NCBI RefSeq assembly: GCF_009914755.1
Contig: NC_060927.1
From: the human T2T-CHM13v2.0 reference genome, Homo sapiens
Length of the DNA: 64,000 nt
Strand: one strand, 5' to 3'
Shown: one piece after another, positions 14,698 through 27,320 of the stretch
Position numbering within the stretch: the stretch's first letter is position 1
How the letters are laid out: each line of letters begins with the position of its first letter
Position numbers and translations under genes: made by a program
The notes under the pieces: generated by a model
What the model was told of the DNA's origin: nothing
Seen by the model: the letters and a program-made list of their open reading frames with translations, nothing else
Databases searched by the model: none

Positions 14698-14995
14698 TTT
14701 TTTTTTTTTCTTGCTCTGTTGCTCTGTCGCCTAGGCTGGAGTGCAGTGGTGCAATTATGGATCGAGGTTAACTGCAGTCTCAACTTCTCAACCTTGTGAA
14801 TTCAAGCAATCCTCCCACCTCAGCCTCCCAAGTAGCCGGAACTACAGGCATTTAACACCACATCCAGCTAATTTTTAAAAAAATATTTTGTAGAGACCGG
14901 GTCTCACCCTGTTGCCCAAGCTGATCTCAAACTCCATGGTTCGACCTCCTGATGCCCAAATCCTGGAATTACAGGCATAAGCCTCTGCACCTGGC
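14698..14995 (-). mobile_element. AluJ-like
   Basis: Diverged reverse Alu with caagcaatcctcccacctcagcctccc and gggtctcaccctgttgccc. Confidence 0.9.
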
Positions 14996-15061
14996 TGCTT
15001 TCTTCCTCTCAAGAGCTTTTCAGAATTCAAATGGTTTGAAACTTTATTGAGATTAAAGTGA

Positions 15062-15389
<328 letters not shown>

Positions 15390-15739
15390 CAATTTTTTTC
15401 TTTTATGGTTCAAGTCTATGAATTCTTTTGTCTATGCTTAGATCCTGCAAATTTTTTCCTAAAAGTTTTACAGTTTAACATTTTACATTTAATTCCATAA
15501 TTCATTTTGAGTTATTTTTTGTAATAAAGTGTGAGGCTTAGGTCAAGGTGTTTTCTTTTATTTGTTTTTGTTATTGTTGTTTGTTTTGTTGCTGTTGATG
15601 TCTACTTGTTCCAGTACCATTTGCTGAAAAGACCATCTTTTCTCCATTGATTAATTTTGTAAGACCATAACTCTTAACATCAAAGAAGACACAACTTTAT
15701 CTATATTTTCTTATATCTAAGAAAAGCAGTAGTTTTTGT

Positions 15740-15997
15740 TTAGAGAGTGCTAATTGTGTGCCAAAGCACTATCCTAAGCTTCTTATATATCTTTACCCAT
15801 TTCCTTGCCTCAATGACTCATTACTCATTTAATTGTCTTAATAACTCCTTGAAGTAAGTATTATTGTTTCCATCTCACAGATAATGAAACTAAAATTTAG
15901 CCAGGTTAAATGATTTGCTCAAAGTCACAAAGCTAGTGAGTTGGAAAGCTGGGATTCGGACCCAAGCGATATTCCCCTAAAGACTGTGCTGTTAACC
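15740..15997 (-). mobile_element. MIR SINE
   Basis: acagataatgaaact...aggttaaatgatttgctcaaagtcaca...gctgggattcggaccc. Confidence 0.8.
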
Positions 15998-16322
15998 TTC
16001 ATGAATGCTGCATTATTTACAGTGCGCCAGATATTTAGCAAAATACTGAACATTTTGCTGTTTTTCTCACTGTTATCACAAGGCATTTCAACTAACGTAA
16101 TAATAAAAGACTCTCTCCTCACATCCCTTTTTTTAAGTTTCATGTGTTTGATGTTTTATTCATATCAAAACCCTCATGTCCATGAAAATACAATTTAAGA
16201 GTCAAAAAGCATAAAATTATATTTCCAAATTTGGAGTCTGTTTCACAAGCTGAAGCGCACAGTTTTGATACCTTGACAATCTTTCTGTTACTTGCAAACC
16301 AACTCTATTTCATAGGGTCTAA

Positions 16323-16324
16323 AC

Positions 16325-16360
<36 letters not shown>

Positions 16361-16367
16361 ACACACA
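16323..16367. repeat. Interrupted (CA)n microsatellite
   Basis: Direct observation. Confidence 0.95.
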
Positions 16368-17454
16368 AATCCACTGGGGAATCCCAGTGCTATTGTTATT
16401 AGGTACTAATACAGCTTAGGATTGTTTACTAAAATCAACTCCTATTTCCTTTTTGATTTGTTCTTTCAGTTTGTTTCCTGGTTTCTTAGAGTAAACACAG
16501 CAAGTATTCATGATAAATGAAGGCACTATGGAAGGAAACAACGCTAGCTGTGCTGTCAGAGAAAAATTGAAAAAAAGTGGCGATGCAAAATTTCCAACAT
16601 GTAAATATTTTCTTTCATATGCAGGCAGAAAATGGGATATTAAAATATGAGCCAACAATAGATTATTAAAAAATTTCTACTCAGTAAAAATGAAAAAAAA
16701 AAACAAAGAAAAATCATCTTTTACTGTAAGGGCATTTTGGAATCTTCATTTACAAAAGCATTTCTGAAGTTGCAAAATCTGACACAGATGAAAGATAAAA
16801 GAGCCAGAAATTCCTTCTCACATGCAATATCAAACTGACTTGGGTTACAGGAACGCTGTTAAACTGAGTTTGAACAATCCTTTTTTATTGTGTTTATCTA
16901 TGCATGAAGCAACTTGTCATGTTCTTCTCTTAAGTAAAAAGCACTGTCCTAAAAATGGTACTTGTAGTAGTTTGCCTTATTGAGAAGAAGAAGAAGGGAT
17001 AAAATCTAGTCTGAATGGTTTGAAGTTCCAATATGAGAGCTACTCGGTATAATCCAAAAGTCCCAAGATAGTTTAAAATTGTCATCCTGATTTTCAAATA
17101 TATCTCCAAACTAGATTTCCAAATCTTCTGAGATGTTTTCATCACTAAAGCTGGAGAAATTGTAGATGATAGACATCCAGGAGATTGGTTAACAATTGCT
17201 GGGTACAATGTCTACCACTGATGAAGCTGCTAGCAGGTAGAGATGAAAGCATTATGGAACATAAACCACATAGATAAGTGACATAAAATACAGCACTTTG
17301 GAATCTTGGTATGCACCTGCCCTTCCTCTCCCATTCCCTGCTCCTCAACACTCTTGGCCTTTCTTCTGTTCTTCTTTGTTCCCCATTTCACTTTCCATTT
17401 GTGGAGAGTTCATATCATGTATTAAAATGATACTAACAGTTGGTGGTTCTCTGC

Positions 17455-17557
17455 AGTCCCACTGCTTTGAGAGGCTGAGGTGGGAGGATCACTTGAGGCC
17501 AGGAGTCTGAGACCAGCCTGAGCAAGATGGTGAGACCCTATCTCTACCAAAAAAAAA
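17455..17557 (+). mobile_element. FLAM / AluJ left-monomer fragment
   Basis: gaggctgaggtgggaggatcacttgaggccaggag...gaccctatctctac followed by A-run. Confidence 0.85.
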
Positions 17558-18154
17558 CCTCCCCAAATAATAATACTAATACTCAATGAAACTCTGGATT
17601 TACACATATTTATACCTAAGGGAAATTGTAAGCTACAAATTTATTTGGTGTAAGGGTCCTTGGTGAAGTAGAAAGATAGAGTGAACACTGTATTTATACT
17701 TTTTAAAGGATTCTCAGAACATTAAAGAAAGCAAAATCAAAGCTGTTCTTGTTGGCTCAGGTTATATAAAATTTAGGGCATTCAGAAAAGGCTAAAAAAA
17801 TTAATTTTCTTTCTGTTTTGCTTCTCCTCAGATAAAGATATGCAATATTGCAGCAAGACATTTAACTGTGTAGGTCATTTGTGTTTTATTATAAAAATCA
17901 AAAATGTATTTCATTTTGTGTTTCATTATAAAAATCAAAAAGGGCAAAAGTAAAGTAAGTAATTTGTGTTTTGAGCTTCATTATGAATATCAAAAAGGGC
18001 AAAAGTAAGGTAGAGTGTAGTACATGGAATCATCAGTGTCTCTGAGACTCAGTGGTGAGACAACTTCAAGATAAAGAGGAAAGAGAATAATTTGCCTTTT
18101 TTTCTCTAACCATGTACAATTATGAACTTCCGAATATCCTACTATTCTTTACCA

Positions 18155-18640
18155 GATCCCCTGAGTCATCTTTTTAAAGGTAAACCAGATTATGTCAGCT
18201 TAAAACCCTTTAGTGGCTTTCCATCTCACTCAGGATAAAATCCAAAGTCCCCCCATTGGCCTTCCAAGGTCCTTTACATAGACTGACCTCCAATTACCTT
18301 TCTGATCTCATGTCTTCTGCTCCACTTTTCTCTTCTCTGCATCGTCAAGTTCTCTCATTCATCTGCCTGGACTGTGTTTTCCCCAAATGTCCTGTGGCTC
18401 ATTCTCTCACCTCCTTCAAGCCCTTCTCTCACAGAGACCTTCCTTGGATGCTTTACACAACCACCCTCTATCTTTACGTCTACAATTTCTCATCTCCCTT
18501 GGCTTTATTTTTCTCCTTAGCATTTTTTTTCAAAATATAATGCTAAATATCTTAAATATTTCTTGTTTTTTATTGTTTTCTTTTGCTTTTTAAAATTCCC
18601 TACTAAAGTGTAAATCCAAGAAGTGCAGGAATGTTTGGGT
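18155..18640 (+). mobile_element. L2a 3' region (tail resumes at ~19190-19245 after an L1MA insertion)
   Basis: cagattatgtca...aaaaccctttagtggctttccatctcactcaggataaaatccaaagtcc; ggctcattctctcacctccttcaag. Confidence 0.75.
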
Positions 18641-18656
18641 TTAAGTAAAATATGTA

Positions 18657-19183
18657 TATGGTACATACACACAATGGAGTACTATTCAGCCATAAAAAAG
18701 AATGAGATCCTGTCATTTGCAACAACATGGATGGAGCTAGAGATCATTATGTTACATAAAATAAGCCAGGAATAGAAAGACAAACATTGCATGTTCTCAT
18801 TTATTTGTGGGATCTAAAAATCACAACAACTAAACTTAATGACATAGGGAGTAGAAGGATGTTTACCAGGGGCTGGGAAGGGTGTTGGGAGGCTTTGGGG
18901 GAAGTGGGGATGGTTAATAGGTACAAAAAATACAAAGAAGGAATAAGTCCTACTATTTGATAGCACAACACGGTGACTATAATCAATGATACCTTAATTT
19001 TACATTTTAAAATAACTCAAAGAGTGTAATTGGATTATTTGTAATTCAAAGGATAAATGCTTGAGGGATGGATACCCCATTCTCAACGATATGCTTATTT
19101 CACATTGCATGTCTGAATTAAAACATCTCATATACCCCATAAATATATACACCTACTATGTACCCACAAAAATAAAAAATAAA
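18657..19183 (+). mobile_element. L1MA1-3-like 3' end
   Basis: caatggagtactattcagccataaaaaagaatgagatcctgtcatttgcaacaacatggatgga...tacacctactatgtacccacaaaaataaaaaataaaa. Confidence 0.92.
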
Positions 19184-19654
19184 AGCATATAAAACATGTC
19201 CTGGCATATACTATGGTCTCAGTACTATGTACTATTGGTGAATGCTTAATAGATGGACAAGTCATGCTTTAAGAAGCTGAAAGAAAATTAGTCATTTCTC
19301 ACTTGACATTTATAAAGAACTACAAAATGGGGGAAGCAGAATTGGCAAGGTCATTGGTTGGATATCTACAATTAAAATGTTTTTTTTTAAAGGTTATTTA
19401 TGCAGTTTCCTACTTTGGGGTGTAATCATGAGAGAGGCCTACAGGTCTACTTAAGTTACTCAGTCAACTAATTGAAATTTCTATTCTTATTTTGCTGCAG
19501 GAGACAATCCAGTTATAGTGTCTCAGCCCACAGAACAGTGCCAACATTGGTACAACAAAACAGAATTTGGCTTAAAGAGGGATTTGTTCCCCCCTCCCCC
19601 AACCCCTGTTTATGCTGGATGAGAAAAACTAAGCAGCTTTAAGCAACTTTGAAG

Positions 19655-19766
19655 TTTTTCAGACTTGGATTTGATTCCCACCTCTGCCAGTAATTATCTA
19701 TGTGAACTTGGCTAATTTGCTGACTCTTTCTTAACTTCCATTTTTTTCTTCCTTAATAAATGGGGC
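19655..19766 (+). mobile_element. MIR fragment
   Basis: tcagacttggatttgattcccacctctgcca...tgtgaacttggc. Confidence 0.6.
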
Positions 19767-19778
19767 TATGTTAGATGT

Positions 19779-20263
19779 TGTGGTAGTTTCCTGTGGCTGC
19801 TGTAACAAATTACTACAAACTTGCAACCTTAAAAAAACCCAGAAATTTATGCTCTCAGTTCTGGAGGCCAGAAGTCCGAAGTCAGTATCACTAGGCTGTA
19901 ATCAAGATGTTAACAGGACTACACAGCCTCCAGAGACTTTGGGGTAGGATCGTTTCTTGACTCTTCCAGCTTATTGCGGCTGCAGGCGATCCTTGGATTG
20001 TGGTCACCTCCCTCTAACCTCTGCTTCTGTCTTTACATTGCCTTCTCCTTTCTGCCTGTGAAATCTCTCTGTCTTCCTTTTATATGGACATTTGTAATAA
20101 CATTTAGGACCCACTCAGATGATAATCAAGAATTATCTCATCATCTCAAGATCCTTAACTTAGGCACATTCACAAAGACTCTTTTTCCAAGCAAGGTAAC
20201 GTTTACAGATTCCAGGGATTCAAATACATACATATTGGTGAGGGCATTTTTCAGGCTATCATA
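19779..20263 (-). mobile_element. MLT1C-like MaLR solo LTR
   Basis: tagtttcctgtggctgctgtaacaaattac...agttctggaggccagaagtcc...tctcaagatccttaactta...aaggtaac...ttccagggatt. Confidence 0.88.
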
Positions 20264-23200
20264 GGTGTCCTCTTAGGATCGATGTTACAGTGACTGGTAT
20301 GTTTAATGAATTCAGTAACGTTCCTCTTTTTTGTCTTTCCCTTCTCTTCCTCCAAACCTCCGTAATGTTCCCCTGTAGCACTAACTCCCACCCCTAATAT
20401 TATGAAACAGGCTATGCCTGCCCTTAGCATCATTGCTGCCTTTCAGTTTGTACCTCCATTATCTAGTCTAAAACAGACTCTGGGCAGTTGAAAAAAGAAA
20501 AAGAAACCTTTCCTATTCACACGTAGCTTCCATTCTGGTGTGGGAGATGAACAGTTAAACAACCAGTTGCAATATAAGGAAGAACAATATACAATTTACA
20601 GAGACACATCTGTAATGCACCGCAGGTTAAAAAAGGAATTAGTAATTATTATTGAGAGGTAGGAGCTAGTGAAATCTTGGAGCCAATAACATTTGAACCA
20701 AACCTTGAAGATAAGAATGTCAATGGGTTAATGATGTTGGAAGAAATTTCCAGACAGGAGAAGGACACAGAGGAGAGCTCTCCCTTGTTTCTCCGAAAAA
20801 CCAGTACCTTCCACCTCCCTTTGCTGCACTGTACACTCCCCCGGCTCTGTCCCAGGCAGCCCACCCAAACCTGCTCTTTCCTCAATGCCTCATATGGCAA
20901 AGTGTCCTCTTCTCTCAATCTCCTACCAATTAGCGGCTTTAAACTAGGTGCTAAAAGGAAAAGCATGTGATTAATCTAACTCACTATATGGTGTGTGTGG
21001 CTGATAACTCCTAAAATCTCCTAGAACAAAAAGAAGAGTTCCTTACCATAAATAAATCTCTACTGGGATTGTACGCCATGTATAAAATTATATGCAGGAA
21101 GAGTGTGTTTCTAAAATCACGCATATTAAGGAACATTAAGAAAATGATAAGCATAGAAAATATTTTTCAAATGATAAAAATGCCTAACTAGGCAGCAAAG
21201 ATTTTGAGCTATAGACAACCACTCTTTCCATTCTCCATGATGCCAGTGTTGTTAGGAGAAAAGGATTCTGCCTCCCAATCTTATCCATACCCCACCCCCA
21301 AAGAAAGGAAAGAAAAAAACTTATTTTTCATTTTCTCTTCACATTTTCTAAGACACTAGTTGGGAAGCAATGGACAGAAACAAATCAAGCAACCCTCCCT
21401 TTCTTTTTTTTTCCAGCTAATTCAGAATGAATTGAATTTACACAAGCAACAGTGCTTAAGCAAAACCGTTCCTATGGTTACACAGAAGGTTTTCTAAATG
21501 TGGCACAAGATGCAGGCAGCCAAAATGACTTGACTGTTTATGTTAAATATGAAGTCTATTCCCTATTGAAATTTAATGATCTACTAGCTGCATTTTAGCA
21601 GCTTGCACCCTGATAAAATTAACATTTCGAATACATTTGGAGAGATAAATTGCTTTAGCAATTGGCGAGTATTCACTCATATTTATTGGATCACATCAGT
21701 GATTCAGATGAAAGCATTTCCTCCTGAACTATTAGAAATTGGGTCTGCAAATTATCCTCATCTCTGGGCCTACAGGTCCCCAAACACATTCTATTATCTT
21801 TATGTAGGTTAGCTGGTGCCAGATGTTAGTCCTCACACTTGACAAGAGAGCACAGCAAAATATATATATTTTTTCTTTTATAGCAACTAGACAGGACCAG
21901 CACTGATTCTCGTGGCATTGCTCAAGTCATCCAGTGGTTCTCAAATGTTCAACAAGGTGAACAGTTCAGACAGGGTGAAGTCTGTTCCCCCATCTCCCTC
22001 TACTTCACGTCCTGAATGAGAAAGACAATCTGTGTGTTTTAAAAAGCTGGCAGGAAATTGGATCTGGGAAAGATATATTCACTGCATATTTTAGCTGACA
22101 CCATTCAAATTTGCTACATAAGGGCGTTCCTTGATGTCTGTAAGTAGGAACCTCCCATTCAGCAAAAATAGAAAATGAAAACAGGCTGCAGGATGCCACT
22201 CTCTCGTATTTACTTATGTATTTAGTTCAATTTGACTAATGCTTATTGAGCTTCTTATGTAGTCTATTAGACTATATAAGAAGGACTATGGATATAAAGA
22301 AAAAATATATATTTCCTAAACACAGATAGCCATTGGTCAAGTAGAAAAGATGGGCAATCAATACTGCCATGCCAGGTATTTCTTCTCAATAGCAATCTAT
22401 GTGTAGTTCTATACCATGTCACCATCCTCCACGAATATAATCACGCCAAACATAAGATTTTGGTTGTCAGGAAAGGATACTGCAACATATGGCTTGGACT
22501 ATCTCCATAACTCACGCTCCCCCAGTCTCTCCTGTGCAGGATCACCCACTGGGAGTTTCATCTTCCTCACTGTTTCTCTATAGAGCTCCAATTTGTTCAT
22601 TTCTTTCTCATTCCTCCAGAATCCCCCTGCTTACATAGATTTAGGCTCATAAATGGTGTCTCCTTTTCTACTACCCAACACGTAAATCTTTATTTTCTAT
22701 AGCCCAGAAGTATGAGCTTTGAGGTCTTGATAGATAAATTCTATGAAATTCAACTATAACACATTAAAATCCTCAAAACACAAATTTATCAAAACTTCTC
22801 TAGACTTTCCTTGTTAGCGTCAAAATATTTCATTCTAAATAGCAAGCTAGACAAGGCAGACATTTAATAATACTTTAATTCTATTTATCTCTTGAGATGA
22901 ATGTACTTACATCTGACATTTGAGAATTTCAGTCTGTTTGAGGAAATTTATTTTGAATTGGCAAGGAGAAATACATTCATCCTATATTGATTCCCTTGTC
23001 AGGTTAGTTTCTGAATTAAGGTTACCTCTTACTGTTCTAATTAGTAATCCTAGAAGTGATTCTTTATGATCATTGTTATTAATATTTTTGGTGAAAATTT
23101 TAGTAAATTTCCCCCTTTATGAAATTCATTAGATAAACAGAAGGTAGAACTTTGTCTTTTCATTTTTGAAAATTATTGACTTAAGAATCTATTTTTTCTT

Positions 23201-24922
23201 TCAGAATAAGTTTCAAGGGACTACTATCGCAAATGTGTGAGGCTTATTAAAATATCTTTTTACCTGTAGATTTTACAGATGATGTCACACTCTAAAGTGA
23301 GTTCTAAAGGTGATCCATATCTTTATAAGAGAGTCAGTCCTAAAACTGAATATATCTCAGAGGAATTCTACTCTGCCTTTTGTAGCTGGGGTATATTTTA
23401 GAGGAACCCTAATTTCCTATCCTGTTCCTCTAAGAATGTGGGGATTTCTGAAAAGGCCTTGATATTTTGGTAGATAAATTACTGAACATTCTCTCAAAAT
23501 CCAGCTTTCAGGCCACCACTTATTTACAAACATTCAATTTTTAAAATTTCTAATGAGTCTATAACTGTCTAGAATAACGGTATGATTGAGAACTAATTTC
23601 AAGATTCAGTTGATCTAGATGCAAATTACTTTTTTCTCACAAGCTAGGTCTTCACACAGAGCTTCATAATGGTCAACTTTCAGTACAAAACTAAGGAGCG
23701 GATCATCATTCTGTAAAAATTGTGCATGTGGGAGATGAACACTTTATATTAGGAGAGAATTATTGAGTAGGGAAGTGGGATTATCGAACTTCAGGGGAGA
23801 CTGCTACAGAGGACTTCGCAAACTTAACGACATGGACCCATAGACAAGAACGCTATGTAAGTCAGTTCGCTGCATGATCTTAACTGCAAGAGCCAGGTAT
23901 TTTTATGTACCCAAATGTCAAGAAGAGTATAGGCCCACAAAATAGTTGTTTTTCCCAGAAATTATGAGTCATTTTCCTATCCTGAACTCACCATTTTAAA
24001 TTCAAATAGGCATATTTATTACACAGTATTTTGGAAGACATATCTACACTTTCCATTCTTGTTCTCTTTCCCTTTTTTACTCAGAGAGAATAATTGCAGT
24101 GAGTACCAGATGGAGTTTAAAATATTGATTCTAAAATATTGTTGCCTCAAGTGTACATATAAGGGATGTATTTAATAATATTTCTAATATACAATTTAGG
24201 AGATTTAAATAATACATTTTGTGCGGTTGAGGCAGTTAATTTTTCAGTGCTGACTTCCAGAGTTCACATTCAACAGCTCATGCATAACATAATGTAAGGT
24301 GTATTTAAATACCCGAAAGTAATTTCATCAGGCAATGAACCACGGTGTCTTTTCCGTGTGTTCTTACTCAGAACACATTCACCAGTTCACTTGGCATCCA
24401 TCACTTTTATTTTGTATCCGATACTCATTGTCTGAAGTAATAATGAATAAGTGATCCAAAGAATAAAGTATTGCTTTGAACTGCTGACACAGTGCAGAGT
24501 GCTGTATTATGCAGGATTGTGCTAGTAGCCAAAATACCCGTTTAGCTCAGAGCTCTTTGCAGAAAGCATGCCATTGCCCCCATATTTGTGTATAATAAAT
24601 ATTCTATAGTGAGTGATTAAAAATGGAAAGTTGTCTGCTTTGTTCAGTAGAACAGGAAATGGTATATTACATATTTAATTTTAATCCTATCACTCCATAG
24701 ACACACTTTTTCATGAAACATATTTGAAAATCTGCTTTTTATTTCTACAATGTAAAATGTTAAATTGAAATAGTAGACAACGTGAGACAAAAAATGAGAG
24801 AACACTTTAATATTTTTATCAGAATTGTTTGGGATGCAAACTTACATACAATTAAAATTTTCCAGGAAAAACAAAATGTATCCTACTAAAATGCCACTGA
24901 TTAATCAATAAAGAATGGAGTC

Positions 24923-25132
24923 TGCTGGCTAACATGGTGAAACCCCTTCTCTACCAAAAATACAAAAAATCAGCCGGGTGTGGTGGCGGACGCCTGTAGT
25001 CCCAGCTACTCGGGAGGATGAGGCAGGAGAATGGCGTGACCTCGAGAGGCGGAGCTTGCAGTAAGCCGAGATCCTGCCACTGCACTCCAGCCTGGGCGAC
25101 AGAGCGAAACTCCTTCTCAAAAAAAAAAAAAA
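24923..25132 (+). mobile_element. 5'-truncated AluY
   Basis: ctggctaac, gaatggcgtga, ggagcttgcag diagnostics; perfect 13-bp TSD aaagaatggagtc (24910-24922, 25133-25145). Confidence 0.95.
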
Positions 25133-25402
25133 AAAGAATGGAGTCCAAGAAGCAGCTTCTATTTTGCCATATGACAGAATCAAATAAATAAGCAAATTTC
25201 AAGATATGTAATTAATTTCATACACACTCATATTCAATGCAGTAACACAAACCAGGCAAGGTCTGCCTATAATATGAGGCCATTCACACGAACGTTGCGG
25301 CAGGGTGGACATAGTTTACTATAAAAAGAGAAAAAGGCATTTCTTTTTCATTGCCACATAGACACAAAAATATGAGTGCATTTTGAAATGCTGGAAATAC
25401 AA

Positions 25403-25419
25403 ATATATATATACATATA

Positions 25420-25470
<51 letters not shown>
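25403..25470. repeat. Compound (TA)n-(TG)n-(TA)n microsatellite
   Basis: Direct observation. Confidence 0.95.
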
Positions 25471-25473
<3 letters not shown>

Positions 25474-26744
25474 TATACATGATGTCCTAGAGCCTTAATT
25501 AAATGGAATCTTCAGGGAGGTGGTGGTGTGTTTTTCTTAATCAAAATTTTAAGTCGTCAAATTGTTAGTGAGAATTGCATTGACCTTTCTGTTAGCAAGG
25601 AGCCAAGGACCATGACTTAGCATCCTCTTTCCCCTCACATAGTAAGACACAACATATTGGTTTCTTTGCTGCCTTATTGCATACAACTATATCTGTATCT
25701 TTGATGATTTTAGAATTTGAATTTCTTTGGAATAATAACTGTGTCCAGTAGCCTAGATCTAAGTTTCTCTTTTTAAACTACCCTGCAGACCACGGAAGTG
25801 AAAGCAAGATGAGGAAACAGGCCAAACTACAACTGTTGCTGTTGAGTGAGATAGAATGAAAAGGGATATTCAATGTTGTAAAACTGTCTGAGTAGCTAAA
25901 AAATATTGCTCTCTGTACTTAACATTGTGGGAGATTACATAAAGTGAATGCTAACCTGATAGTACTATGCTTGCTTTTACAAAATACCAGTATTATAATT
26001 TACCTTTCCTACACTAAAAAATGAATGTGTCCACTATTCCAATATGGTTTATTGAAGGTTCCTTTTAGTTGAATTATAGACAATTGATGCATTTCTATAA
26101 TTATACTTATTAAAAAGTTCATAAACATAAATATATTAAAAAGTTAATAAACATTAATGGTACTAAGCACCCATTGCTGTTTTGAAATTCACTGAGTATC
26201 TTGTAGAAAATATATTATATTACTAATTGTAATAATAGCTATTTAGATATCAACCACACAAGCTTATTTCTTTACCTGTGACATCAGTTACAAACATAGC
26301 TGGATATTTTGCTACATAACATAAAATGAATATATTTCATTAATCTTTATTTTGACAATGTTAGAATGTTTGAAGGCATGTTTCTCTGAAATTCATTTAC
26401 TTTTTCAGAACTTAAGACCTGCTATCTTGGTTCCTCTATCATGAAGAAAATTCTTCTGACCTTTATATTAGGAGAGGATGATGCTATGACTTTCTCATCA
26501 CACGAGGATGCTTGTTTCTCCATTAGTGTGAATGGTTTCACATTGATCATTTTCATTCTCTGATTTGTCTCCCTTGTGATTGAAGGCACCATTTCTGAAT
26601 CTTTGACCAGAGTAAAAGGAGCAGTTTAGATAGATGAGTACTGCCATGTTCTCTGGTGGAAAGCGATCAGACTCCAGCATTATCTGGTTATTTGGGTAGA
26701 TTACTTAACCTGTTGGCCCTCAGTTTTCTCCTCTGCCTGTCTAC

Positions 26745-26877
26745 TTTTTGCGTTTTGCATAAAGACAGAGTTTCACCACATTGGCCAGGCTGGTCTCAAA
26801 CTCCTGAGCTCAAGCTATGCACTAGCCTCAGCTTCCCAAAGTGCTGGGATTATGGGCATGAGCCTTCACTCCCAGCC
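26745..26877 (-). mobile_element. Alu left monomer / FLAM fragment
   Basis: ggccaggctggtctcaaactcctgagctcaag...cccaaagtgctgggatta. Confidence 0.88.
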
Positions 26878-26939
26878 TTTTCATTTAGAATTTTAAAAAG
26901 TGTATGTGTATGTGGGCCATGTTTTTGTCTTTCCTTTTT

Positions 26940-27320
26940 CCCAATTTTACTAAGAAAATCTTTGTATATAGAAATAGATAAAAGAATAGTAGAATGCTCA
27001 GTTTTATACTACTAACTTAGGTTATAAACTTAACATTTTTCCATATTCTTTTTATTTTTTATGACCCAGTTGAAAGTAATTCGCAGATATCTTACTACTC
27101 TTAAATATTTTGGCATGAATCTCCTAAGAATGATGATATTCTCTGACATAACCATAATACCTCTATCACAAATAAAACAACAATATTTACCTGATAGCTT
27201 CTCTTATCTAAGTCATATTCAAATGTCCCCATTTGTCTCAAAATTGGATTTTATAGTTTCTTTTTCCACCCTCATCTATGATTCAATCATATTTCTTGCA
27301 TTACATATAACTATTATTCA
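26940..27320 (-). mobile_element. Old L1M (L1MC4/5-like) 3' UTR fragment
   Basis: ttgaaagtaattcgcagata...tctcctaagaatg...cataaccataatacc...catattcaaat. Confidence 0.5.

Noticed and set aside
17210-17255. CTGATGA...GAAA resembling a hammerhead ribozyme core
   Set aside because: Stem II does not pair next to the core and no stem I/III with a cleavage triplet could be built
23264-23339. Possible 76-nt minus-strand exon (ttttag| ... CAG|GTAAAA)
   Set aside because: Weak polypyrimidine tract and stops in all three frames; not distinguishable from chance
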